Under the pieces are notes generated by a model. The model searched no databases, was not told the DNA's origin, and saw only the letters and a list, made by a program, of their open reading frames with translations. A stretch of 64,000 nucleotides of DNA from Monocercomonoides exilis PA203 (Eukaryota > Protista > Preaxostyla), in assembly GCA_001643675.2 (NCBI GenBank), contig LSRY02000044.1, forward strand, positions 558,001-622,000, written 5' to 3'. Shown one piece after another: positions 49,101 to 60,997 of this stretch. Position 1 is the stretch's first letter, and each line of letters opens with the position of its first letter. A program made the translations under genes and the position numbers.

Positions 49101-52100
49101 CAGAAAGAAAGAGGAGCAAAAGAAAAGAAGAAAACAACAAATGAGAAGAATAAGCCTGTAACGATTCTAACCACTCTTGGCTCAGATTTTCTGCCTGAAA
49201 TCAAAAATCGAAGAATGATGCAGCAACAAATATCGGAATACAATTCACTCTCTCAACATTTTCATCTGCTAACGCATCATCTTCATTCTCAACTTCTTCG
49301 TTTCCAACTTCATCACCATCCTTTTTTGCTTCAACTACTTAATCATGTTCTTATTTTTTCTTTTATTCAAGTTTTTTCATCAATTCATCATTTCTTTCTC
49401 TTCTTCTTCACCTGATTCATTTGCTAACATAGAAGAAATTCCTCAAAATCATCATCCACTTCCACAAGTGACGCCAATCAATCCTCCTCTTCCAACGGCC
49501 AATTAGATACAGGCAAATCAATCCAAACTGTTCAAGATTCCTCGTTCAGGTATTCATCCTTCACCTGTATCATTGTCATTGGGAATATATGGAACTTATT
49601 CTTCTTCTTCCTCTTACTCTTCTTCTTCTCATTTAAATTCTTCTTCCTCTTCTTCTTCTTCTTCCAATCAACCAAATGAAATTCCAGCTGTTTTTCAGCG
49701 TTGAACCGAAGACAAACAGAAAAGAGTAGTCGAAATGGCAATTTTGTGGGGGAAAAGAGAAAAAGAAAAAGAGGAAAAGAAGAGAAAAGAAGAAGAAAGA
49801 AAAAATGTGATTTGAAACGACAAATCGGAAGAATTGGCAGAAAGAAAGAGAATATGAGACGAAGAAGAAATGATAAAATGGATAGAGAAGAAGAAGGAGA
49901 AGGAGAAGAGAGAGAATGAAAAAGAGAAGGAGAGGAAGAATAAGGAGAGGAAGGATTTGGTAGTGAAAAAAGGAAAAGAAGGAGAAAAAGGAGGAAAGGG
50001 AAGAAAGGGAAGGAAAACAAGAAGAAGAAGAAAGAAGAAAAGAAGAAGAAGAAAATACAGATGAAGACTATCAAGATGAACTTTTGCTTTTGAAGCTAAC
50101 TTCTCTTTTCACTCAGCGAAGACTGAAAGAAATCGAAGAGAAGAAGCAATTGACAAAAATGTTGGCTTTGAGAAAAGAAGAAGAAGAAGATGATGTTGTT
50201 GGGTTTTATTTTGCTGGCAAAAATAATTCGAAAAAACAAGGCGAAAAAGGGAATTTAAAAGGAGAAAATAAAATTAAAAATAAAAATGATGAAAAGAAAG
50301 ACAAAAAGAAAGAAGAAATGAAAAAGAAGTGGGAAACCCAAAATAAAAAAGAAATTTCTCCGTCGCCGCTAATTCTCCAACTGTATTTTCACGATATAAA
50401 CACACAAGCGGAATGGTTAGCAGCCGAAGAAGCGAAAAAGACGAAGGAAAACGAAAAAGAATTGACGTTTCATCCGATTATTTACAAAGGGACAGATTGG
50501 ATTGAAAGAGAGAAGAAAAAGAAAACGAAAAAAAGACATAAAAAAATAAAGAAAAAATAGAAAAAAGAAAACATTAAAACATTATCTTCTAAGCCAACAC
50601 ACCATCAACCAATCTTTTCCAATCTTCTGGGAACAAATAAGGCATTCCATCTTTTGTCATTCTTTTCTTCCAAAACAAAAAGAAGTTGATTTTTTCATTG
50701 GACTTGTTGTGAATGGAGCTGATGGAAGAGATGGATTTGGTGGGAGGATAAAGAAGAAGAAGAAGAAGAAGAAGAAGAAGAAGAAGAGGGATCGGAAGAG
50801 GAAGAGGAAGAAAAAGAAAAAGAAAAAGAAAAAGAAAAAGAAGAAGCAAAAGCAGAACTTCTCTTTAAAGTGAGTGTTTCGCTTCCGAGCGGTCCAGCTT
50901 CTTTTCGTGTTTTTGAAGGGGACTGTTTGGAAGAGGATGTGAAACCGTTTTGCGAGAGGTATTTTTTGAGAGAAGAGAAAGAGAGGAGGATAAAATAGGT
51001 GGTGGAGAACGCATTGGAAGGGAGAGAGAGAGGGAAGAGAAGAAGGAAGAGAAGAAGGAAGAATGGAAGAAAGAGAAAGAGAAAAGAAAGAAAACTGTGC
51101 TGTGAGAGACAAACATTCTAATCAATCACTTCATCCTTCGTCTTCATCATCGTCATCGTCGTCATTTTCTTCTTCTCATTCTTCTTCATTTTTTAATTTT
51201 AATTTTTATTTTAATTTCTTCTTCTTCATCATCTTCTTCTTTTTATTTTTCTTCTTCTTCTTCTTCTTCTTCTTCTTCTTCTTCTTCCCACTCGAATTAT
51301 GGATCAACCTCTTCTTCTTCATCCTCCTCCTTTGCTCACCTCGTCGCTCACACAGCGGCCAATGAACTTTGTGTAAAGGAAAATTTGTTTCCATAAGAGT
51401 TTCACAAGCAATTGTAGTTATTGAGGAATTCAACGAGAAGAATGACGCAGAAAGAACCGGAGAGGAAGCCAACAACACCACAGGTATTTTCGAAGGGAGA
51501 ATTTTGATTGGGCAGAGTGGAAATGGAAGGAAGATGAGAGAGGATGGAGAAGGAAGAGGGAAGGACAAGTGATGAGAAGAATAAAGAGTAAAAAGACTAG
51601 TTCGAATAAGTTTTATTCATTGATTATCGATTTCATTGTATTTCATTCAACGTTTGATGAAGAAACTGAATCGAAAAGAAAGGACTGATATATTGTGATG
51701 ATATTTCCGTCGAAGAAATAGATAAAGTCAAGAAAACAAATTGGTTTCAAAAGTTTGAAGTTAAATAATTTTTAATTGAAACAAATTTATAGCAAACTAC
51801 TTCAATTGTGTTTTTCAAAGTATTTTTTATTTATTAGGATAGTTTTAGCAAGTTGAGAAACTTGATATTTTTATCCAACAGTTTTATTTTTTATTTTTCA
51901 CATTATTTTTCTTTGATCAAAAAAATTCTTTTCCACAAAAACCTCAAAAATGTATGTTTTTTTTATATAACAATAAAACAAATATATATTACAGATATTT
52001 TAGCTAAATGCTGAAGAAAAATCAATTTGATTTTTTGATCAGTAATACCGCAATAGTATTTATTTTTTCGATTTTTGATCTTTTTATATGATATCAAAAA

Positions 52101-52110
52101 AAATCACCCA
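46143..52110. mobile_element. Putative ~6-kb nested element with TGGGTGATT-type TIRs
   Basis: 24-bp perfect inverted repeat TGGGTGATTTTTTTTGATATCATA (46143-46166) and TATGATATCAAAAAAAATCACCCA (52087-52110), the same end type as MITE families A and C. No clean TA duplication. Confidence 0.5.
47600..51600 (+). pseudogene. Heavily decayed low-complexity (K/E/S-rich) host-like gene
   Basis: A chain of short frame-shifted ORFs (48177-48701, 48771-49415, 50084-50560 with KELTFHPII) and long GAA/CTT tracts. Confidence 0.45.
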
Positions 52111-52270
52111 TTTGAAATGAGATGGAAAATAAGAGCAGTTTTTTGAAGACAATCACATCCAGAAGTTGAAGAAGAGTGAACAAATCTTTTTGAAGGAACT
52201 TTTTTATTTGAAAAAATGCATGATCAATTATGAAAATATCAATTCAGCAAATATCGTTGAAAAAATATAT

Positions 52271-52535
52271 ATATGGGCGATTATTTTTGAAATCATAATT
52301 TTTTTCGGGGTGCTATTTTTTTTTTAACGTTGTTTGTAATTGTAAAGAGCTTTTGAATTCAAATGCAAAATCTGTCGCAACTGTTTCAAGAATTAATGAA
52401 TCAGCTGAAATAATGAAGAAAATGTCTTTATTCATCCTTTTCACTTTTCTGTGATCATTATTTTATGTTTATGGGAAATTTTTGAACCGAAATTTTTGAA
52501 TGAAAAAATTTGATTTCAAAAATAAACACCCATAT
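52271..52535. mobile_element. MITE family A copy
   Basis: ATATGGGCGATTATTTTTGAAATCA...TGATTTCAAAAATAAACACCCATAT; collinear with 34133-34394. Confidence 0.75.
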
Positions 52536-53316
52536 TCAAAATTGTTAAAACACTGTTTCACTTCAATTTGAAATTTGATCGTTTCACATTTAAAACAAAC
52601 ATTTGTAAACTTATTTAATAACAAACCACTGAAATTGCTATTCTTTTTAAATTGCATTTAATTCTCATCATCTATGGGTTAACATCTGAATGTTTCAAAT
52701 CAAACATGAACGAAAATATTCTTTTCATTTCTACGAAGGAAAAAAATGCAAAATTCATTTTTGTAAATGTCATTTCATCCGGCAACCATGTTGAACATCA
52801 ATGAATCAACAAATCCTATAAAGGATATCATTTCGAATGTTCGTTCAATTAACGAAGCAAATATATGTTTAACATAAAAACTATAATTGAACATTATTAA
52901 CAAAAATTGAATAATTTAAAAACAATTCAGACTTTGCACTAAGTCTCATTGCATTTATTCAACGACAGAAAACAACAATGCAAGTTCTCATTCTTTTCAA
53001 ATTGCTTTTATTTTTATCTTTAAAGAAAAAAAGGCAAATGTATCAACTGAAGAATGAATAGTTATGGTTGTTGAATAAAAAAATGATAAAATAACAAAGT
53101 TAAGATTTGGGTCGTATGTCTTGTTGTATTGTTTTTTCTTTTGCATTTTTCGAATAATTGACGGGAAGTGACGTCAATGACGTCAGTGAAGTCAGTGACG
53201 AATGAAAAATCCGATTTCCGCTTTTGCGTCAGTCATAACTGAAAAATGGTAATTTTGATAAATAATTTTCAATTTTTTTCTTTTTCTTTTTCTTTTTCTT
53301 TTTCTTTTTTTTTTCT

Positions 53317-53348
<32 letters not shown>

Positions 53349-54099
53349 TTTCTGTGACGTGGAAAAAATGTCACGTCCGTCAAAAATCGAAAAGGTCACG
53401 TCAGAAGTCAGTACGTCACCCAGGCTTACGTTTTTTTATCTTTTGCACAACCGGATCTCGGTTTAATAGATAAAATGTGAAATAAATCGGTCATTTCAAA
53501 TTATTAGTGTTATTTCAAGTTTCAGCCACGAATTTTAAATTAACCCAGTTTTTTCGAAATAACCTAGGAAAATTTAAATTTACTGAACGTTTTTTAAAAA
53601 CTCTGAAAATGTTATTTATTAAAAAAAAGATGGTTTCTAATTTGTTCTGAATTGTTTTTGTTTATTTTATTTCGTCTTCGATTCTTAAATTAACTGTTTT
53701 TGGTTCACAAAAAATAATGTTAAAACATTTTTTTCTAATTTTCTTATATATATATAAGCGTATTATCATCGTTCTTATACTTTAAAATATTTTATGTTTC
53801 TCTTATTATATAATGTGAATTAGATTTCTTTGGATAAAAATCTTTGTTAAAAGATTTCACAAATTTAGTAACTAACAATTCATTGAATAAAAATAGAAAA
53901 ACTGAAGAAGTATTGCAATAACATCTTTATTATTTCATTTTCGAATATTAGGTTTATCAAAAACTGCCAAAAAGATTGATAAGCAAGCTGTGTTAAATTT
54001 CAATGCTCCTGATCATGTCGGATAATCAATTTGACTTTATTCTAATGCGATTTTTGATTAAATTTTAACAAAAATAAAAAAGAAACAGAAATAATTCGA

Positions 54100-54750
54100 T
54101 AATGTTAAATATGAATAAGAATCGCAAACACATAATCTCCAGCATTGTTCATAGTCAGCAAAGCCATTTCCACTTCTTTTGGATTTTCTTCGCTTTCCTC
54201 TTTGTTAAATGCAACTTTCAGAAGACAGTGCGTACAAATCGACGACAATTCAGGTGTAAAGTTGTTATGTTAAGATGTCTGTCATTCTCAATGATCAACA
54301 AAAAGCTTTTTATTCTTTTTTTTCTTTTCTTCATCATCAATCATATTCTCTTATTTTTCGTTCAGTGAAGATTCTTTAAAGCGAAAAAGCCAAATACTTT
54401 TTAGTGTATTCCAAAATAAAACATGCTTCATCAACAAAACTGCACTTCCCGCTTAAATTTTTTTTCTTCTATCATTTTGCATATTTTGTCAAACAATTCA
54501 ATTGTGAAAGCAGATTTGTATTCTTCTTTATTCATTTCATCAATCACTCCATATGCTTCAAGGATTATCTGCTTTTGCAACCCTCATTTCAATCTTCTAA
54601 GCAAGAATACAAATCTGTTCAAAAACAATGAAATAAATTTGATCATCATTAATTCATATTCAATGACAATTTCACACTTGTGGTCTTTATTGTTCTTTCA
54701 CTCTGCAGTATTTTCACAAAAGCATTTCAACCAGAAAGTATCTTTATAAT
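54100..54750 (-). pseudogene. Truncated, decayed copy of the same helical-repeat family as 44300-45790
   Basis: IDEMNKEEYKSAFTIELFDKICKMIEEKK and, after frameshifts, NKEESEENPKEVEMA. Confidence 0.55.
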
Positions 54751-55383
54751 ATTTTTCGAACTTCATTCAAGAAAGCTTTTGAAATGAAAATAAAATAACA
54801 AGAAAACATATAAAACAAACAAAAGAATTTGCTCTCAAACTTGTTTTAACTGTATTTTTGTTTTCAACAAGCAAACTTCAAAATGAAAAGAAAATGAATT
54901 GATCATTTACATAAATAAATATCAATCAATACAAAAATTTCAAAATCAAATTAATATTTTTATAATATTGTTAAATATAGTATGTTGATTAAGAATGAAC
55001 AAATCGTTTTTGATTATTTCATTGTTTAACTTAAAAACGGAAAGTTCTCGATATCAAAAAAGCGAAACTCAACAGATATAAGAAAAACCTATCTTATAGA
55101 TGGATGCAAATGTTCAATAAGCATTTGCGTTTATTTTAAAATTCATTATTTTGGAAAAATTATTCATTTTCCTGTTCGAAGGAAAATGATCAAAATTTTG
55201 GAAAAACTTACAAAAAAAATGCTTTTTATTTGAAAGACATAACATAAAATTAAATGTTGATATGTTTTTGTCTCCGACCTGCAAAAAAATGTTTTATCGA
55301 TAAATGCAAGACTTTCAGGTCACAATTGAAAAAAACTGGTTTTTCTTAAAAACATTGCATTTTATTTAAAATTAGTGGGGAAT

Positions 55384-58300
55384 TAAACCTGTGTGACGTA
55401 CTGACCACTGACGTGAAAATTTTCGATTCTGACGGACTTGACCGAAACTTTCACGTCAGTGAAAATTCACTCTAATTTTCTGAAGCAGATTTTTTTTTGA
55501 GAGGAATTGTTATCTATTTACATTTCGTTATGTATAAATATTTTTATTATAATTTATGTTCTTTTTTTTAGTTTTTTTTTCCTAGAAAAAAAAACTAAAA
55601 GTTATTTATTTTTATGGGATACTGACAAAAAGGCAAAAAAGGAATTTGAGATCGTCAGTGACAGTCATGCCCGTCAGGTCAAGTCAGAGTCTTGAGGAAT
55701 TGATCAAAAAATGAAATAAATGCACATTTTATAAATGAGTTGCATTTATTTATGAATCCAATAAAATGGTTTGAGATTGATAGGTTTTTTTGAGCTTTTC
55801 ACGTTTATTGAAAAATAAATATAAATTGTACGTATATCACCAAGAATACGATTTGAAAACTTCTCTGTGAATTTATTCTATAATTCTTTCGCTACGAAAT
55901 GTTATCGGAAAATGGCTTGTTTGCATAAGAAGAAAAATTTGAGTGAACTTTTCATAATTTCCAAATTCAAAAAGTCACTTTATTATTCAAAGCCAATCAT
56001 CAGAAAATTCACTTCTCATTGTCCGTCTTCACCTTGGAATTCCTTTATAAAGTTTTCTGAAGACTCAACTCTGAGAAATTTCTCAATTGAGAAATATTAT
56101 TTCAGATTTTTCCATTCATCTATCTCTTTTGATAATGAAAATAAGCATTTATCCATTTCATCATATGATGTGGAACACAAATCTTCTTCAACTTTGCTTC
56201 TTGAAAAATATTCATTATTTTCTATGAAATTCCAACTGAACAGCCTTCTTATCAATTTTTCACTGGAAATATTATGATAGAAGCAATTTATTTGAATGAT
56301 TATAACACTCATTCAAATGTTGTTGAAAATGAACATAGTGAAATGGAATAATAGAAGTATTTCTGAGATTTTTTTTTTAATCGTTCGTATCGAATGAAGA
56401 TATGCAAAATATTGTTTCATGAATTCTACGAACACTTATTCATTCTCTTTGCACAGAGTCCAGCTGGAGGTTAATAATCACTTGCATTCATAGAATATTT
56501 GTAGATGAAAGATACTCAACGATTGCTAAGACAGTTGATTAATTATCAAGAAAGAATTTTTCCAAATATTCAAACAATACTTGTGATAATTTTTATTTTT
56601 TGATCCATATCACAAATTATAAAGAAAGAAAATATTATAAGAAATAAATGGAGCCTTTAAATTTTTGTTATTATTAAGGAAAAATGAAACGAATGTAGAA
56701 TTAATTTCAAAAATTGTAAACAAATCAATATTTTCGTTTTGTTGCTTTTCTAAATTACGAAATCGTTGAGAGTTGGAGGAGTTGAGGGTGAGGGGGTTTG
56801 TGAGGGAGGTGAGGTGAAAGATGCTTTGGCTGTTGAGGGTGAGACTGGTGATTGCTGTGTGGTTGAGGGCGAGGGAGCCAGCAGTGAGGAAGAAGAGGGT
56901 GGTTGTGATTGATGATGAAGATGGGGTTGTTCCGGTGATGGTGGTTGTGTTGAGGTTGAGGGAAGGGGAGTTATCGGAGAGGTGGAAAAGGATGGGGGTG
57001 ATTTGGTTTGAGGAGTTGTTGGCGATGGCGAGGGCAGAGGCTGTGAGGGAGCCCTGGGTCTGTTGGAAGAGGGCAGAAGTGGCAGATGGATCTGGTGAAG
57101 AAGACATTGATGACGATGAAAATGATGATGTTGATTGTGATGACTGCGAAAATGAGTTTGATGGTTGGGGAATGCCACTGGAGGCGATGGTGGTGGCATC
57201 TGTTCCGTTTCCAGTGATTTTTGTATCAACTGCATTGAAAGTAAGTGTTTGAGTGGGGACAAATATTGAGGAAAGGAGGGTGAGAGAGGCGTCTTGGAGG
57301 AGGGAAATGAAGCCAGTGAGAGCATACTCGATGGTGGCACATGGGGTCTGTTGGGGTCTGCCACAGGCATCAACATCAGTTCCATTGCTGGTAACGATTT
57401 TGTTCTGGGCAACGAGGGGGAGCCAGCCATTGAAAGTATCATTATCTGCAGTTCCTTGATTCCAGACTCTTTTTGTTGGGGTTGTTGATCCACAATTCTC
57501 GAATGGAGATTGGACAATAGAACTGCTATTGAAGAACACATCATTCCCTCTGCCATTTGTTGCTGTGTTGCCATCGAAGAAACAAAATGTGATGAATTTG
57601 AACCCGCTCATCCAATCATATGTTCTGGTGCAACAAAACGCAGCACCTCCATATGCAGTTGGATATTCTACTTTATTGTTTTTAAAATTGAAATCATTGA
57701 CCAAAAATTGATTTGGTTTGTTGCTTGGAGGGTAATGAAATGTGAGAGAACCAGAAGAATCACCACCAGAATTTGCGATACATTTACATTTCGAAAATAA
57801 GAATTGGCAATCTGAAGTCATATTTTCGAGCCAGAAATACCAGCCAGTTCCACACCAACCTGATATTGAACAATTTTCCACTTTGTTTTCCGAAATGTGA
57901 TAGATGGAATAAGATTGTGGATGATAAGTGTGCACTGCTCCTCCATGCCTGGCTGAGCATCCTGTGAAATTGGATTTTGCAGTGTTGATATTTAACAAAT
58001 TTCCACAACATAACGCACCACCTTGACCATCTCCAGTGCAGTAACATTCGTTGGATGAGCAAGAAGTGATTGTGAGATTTGCATTTGTGCAAGCAACAGA
58101 AAGTGCACCACCAGATGAAGAACCACCATTTGAATCGTTCCATTTTCACCATTCAAAGAGATAGCCATTCAAACCAGTAAAGGACAATCGACTTAATTTC
58201 TCTCTGTGAGTTTCAGTTCCTCCAAGCACGAAATGAGCATTTTGTGAAGAGTCTGTTTGCAACATGAAGTTTTTTGTTCCGAAAAGGAGGTAGAATCGAT

Positions 58301-58467
58301 TAAGAGGTGAGGGAACACGGACATAAAAGCATTTCAATTTAAATACGAAATTGAAATCAATTAATGGGACATGTTTTAAAAAAAAGACTGAAAACTTTAA
58401 AAAAATTATAATCACAAAATCTCAATTATTTATTAAAAAATAAGTGCATATTGTTAAGAATTTATTC

Positions 58468-58501
<34 letters not shown>

Positions 58502-58557
58502 ACTGGAAAATAACTGACGGACGTGAAAAATTTTTTTCTGCACGTCAGACAGGTTTA
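55384..58557. mobile_element. Non-autonomous hAT-like element (3.17 kb) with a captured surface-protein gene fragment
   Basis: TIRs TAAACCTGTGTGACGT and ACGTCAGACAGGTTTA. Perfect 8-bp TSD TGGGGAAT at 55376-55383 and 58558-58565. Inverted relative to 43965-53428. Confidence 0.85.
56750..58265 (-). pseudogene. Captured 5' part of a beta-helix surface-protein gene
   Basis: One frame from ATG 58265 with a single TGA (FEW*KWN, compare FTWCVWN in the 4,394-aa protein). It contains GGAL/GGAV/GGAA repeats, CFFDGNTATNGRGNDVFF and one CG...PC module start. Coding composition ends abruptly near 56770, with no TM or kinase region. Confidence 0.75.
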
Positions 58558-59246
58558 TGGGGAATCTTGAAATTAACGGTTTATTTTGAAATATTTTTTT
58601 ATTTCACAATTTATCTAATGATTTTAATAAAAAAATTATCATTTTTGATCTTATCCCATTAATAATTTGAAAAAATTGATTTTTCTAATTATTTCGATTT
58701 CATGAGAAAACGTTTCCGCACAAAATCATTAGCATAAATAACAATTATATAATAAATGAAATCATGCCATATAAATATTATTCTATTTCAGTGAATACCA
58801 ATAAGTATCATTATTCCCAAAAATGATTCAAAAATGTTAATTGAAATAAAATTCTGAAAATAAACTTATTTCGTTCCATAAAATTTAAGAAATTCAGTTG
58901 AGAAAAAAAAATTACTTACTTTGTAAATTTGTTGGAGTCATTCTTGAGCTTAAAATAACCTTACGCGAAATGCTTTCAATTAAATTGGGATAGTTAATTA
59001 TTTTCTTCCTTTATTAATCAAAAATAGAATATTTTTGACAAATAAAAAAATGGTACTTAATATTCATCATATGATATGAATCAATAATGCCAAAATAAAA
59101 CATGATAAAAAGAAGTGACATTTTGCAAAATGTTTGTGTGACAAATAATAATTTTTAACATATTTACCTTTTACAAAGTCTTTGCGTTGAATATATTTCT
59201 ACAATTATATTTCCAAAACTTTGAACTTTTTTGTAACATTTATCTC

Positions 59247-60591
59247 TTAGCCAAGTTTTGCTATTAGAGGAAGCAAATGATGCGGTCCCAGAGGAGCATG
59301 CTTGCGAGCAATAAACGGATGTTCGAGAAGAACTGGAATATCGGCTCTGAAATAACAATAATTCAAAAATTCAAGATATATAAAAAATTTTTGTATTATA
59401 TTTATTAAAATCCAAAATAGATAAAAATAAATAATCCATCATTTCACAAAATATCAATCTTCACAAAAAAATTTAAATCGAAAAATTTCTTCAAGCAAAA
59501 GCAAATAAATTGCTTTCATGCAACCTAATCAACGTATAAATTTTCTCAAACCTTTCTTTTGGATTCATCTTCAAGCACAATGTCAGAAAATCTCTGAACT
59601 CTGGAGACCATTTTGTTGGCTCCTTTAATGTTGGGGGAGGAAGAGAAGGAATCTTTCTTATAGCATCTTGCCATTTGTATTGAGACAGAGGAGGCTTTCC
59701 TTCTGCCAGCTCAATTGCAGTGATTCCAGTTGCCCAAATATCAACCATTTTATCATAAGAATCAGCAGTCAGCATTTCAGGTGCCATCCTGAAGTGAATA
59801 GTTTATTATTCATTAAATGCATTTTTATCAGATGGAATTATATTAAAAATTTGGAAAAACTCTCCAAAAATAATTGATCAAACCAATAAGGGGATCCAAT
59901 GAAAGTGTTTCTTCTTCCCCAAGTGGCATTCAGCATGGCAGTCTAATAACAACATTAAATAATACATGATAACGTACAATTAAAGTTAAATATTCAAAAC
60001 TATTCCGAAATCTGCAAGTTTAACTTCTCCTTTTTTGTTGACAAGTACATTACCGCCTTTTATATCTCTATGCATTTTATGCCTGTCATAAATAATTATT
60101 AACAATGTTTCCACAAACAACGAAGAGCATACTGTCCATGCAAATATCTTAAACCTTGTAAAGTGCCCATTATGACATATGCAATTGTTGGTTCTGGAAG
60201 GCCCGGAAGAGATAATTTGGACATCAGCGATGTGATACTTCCGATTTCACACAGCTCCATCACTACATATAATTTATCAAAGCCTTGCCGATAGCAATTC
60301 AGATATCTTGTTACATAAGGACTATCGCAATCTCTGAGGACTTGGATCTCTGTAAGAGCATCATCCATTGATTCACCTTCTTCCATTTCTATTGTTTTCA
60401 ATGCTGCAAGCTCTCCAGTGGATTTAACTCTCACCTATATCGTACGTCAGAGGTTAAATAAAAAGTTCCAAAAGAACTTTTAAAAATTCTGATCAATCAA
60501 TAACTTCAACCTTATATACGGATCCATATGAGCCAGAGCCCATTTTGTCAACAACTTCATAAAGTGAAGGATTGTATTCTGGAATATCCAT
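59247..60591 (-). CDS. STE20-family (GCK/MST-like) Ser/Thr kinase, 286 aa, 6 exons
   Basis: Exons 60591-60511, 60434-60133, 60082-60001, 59942-59884, 59788-59552 and 59346-59247 (861 nt), all introns GT-AG. Motifs GSGSYG, AALK, HRDIKGGN, DFG, RRNTFIGSPYWMAPE and DIWATGITAIELAEGKPP. Confidence 0.93.
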
Positions 60592-60997
60592 CTGAAAAGT
60601 CAAAACAACTTTGTGAAAATTACAAAGGTATCAAAACTGGGTTACGATCAAAATAAAAATGGCGCAGTATGGTTTGTGAATAATGATCAGATAAAAAAAA
60701 AGAGATTCGTTTAAATATTTAATTTTTATTTTCAATAAAAAATATCAATAAAAAATCAAATATTTCATGTGTACACACTAAAAATTAAAAGCAATTAAAG
60801 TTCAGCCGTCAAAAAAAATTTTTTTTCAAACTCGTGAATTGCATATTCTCAAATATTCTTTGAGTACGCAAAGCAAATTGAAACATCTAATTTCGTAAAT
60901 ATATAAATTTCAAAAAATATTAAAAAAAATTCGCATTGAATAACTTTGAAAAATACCACAAAATAAAACAATATTATTGAAACTTTTATTTTCAAAT

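Larger units (their letters stand above)
43965..53428. mobile_element. Non-autonomous hAT-like element (9.46 kb) carrying host-gene remnants
   Basis: Ends TGAGCCTGGGTGACGT and ACGTCACCCAGGCTTA. 8-bp flanks CGTTATTT and CGTTTTTT (7/8 match). Subterminal TGACG/CGTCA clusters. Both ends are homologous to those of 55384-58557. Confidence 0.75.

Noticed and set aside
53160-55690. Spaced TGACG repeats as a CRISPR array or CRE-type enhancer
   Set aside because: There is no constant repeat-spacer period, and their position at TIR/TSD-defined ends explains them as transposon subterminal repeats.
55870-56520. Coding-like minus-strand remnant inside the hAT-like element
   Set aside because: Too degraded to assign to any family.
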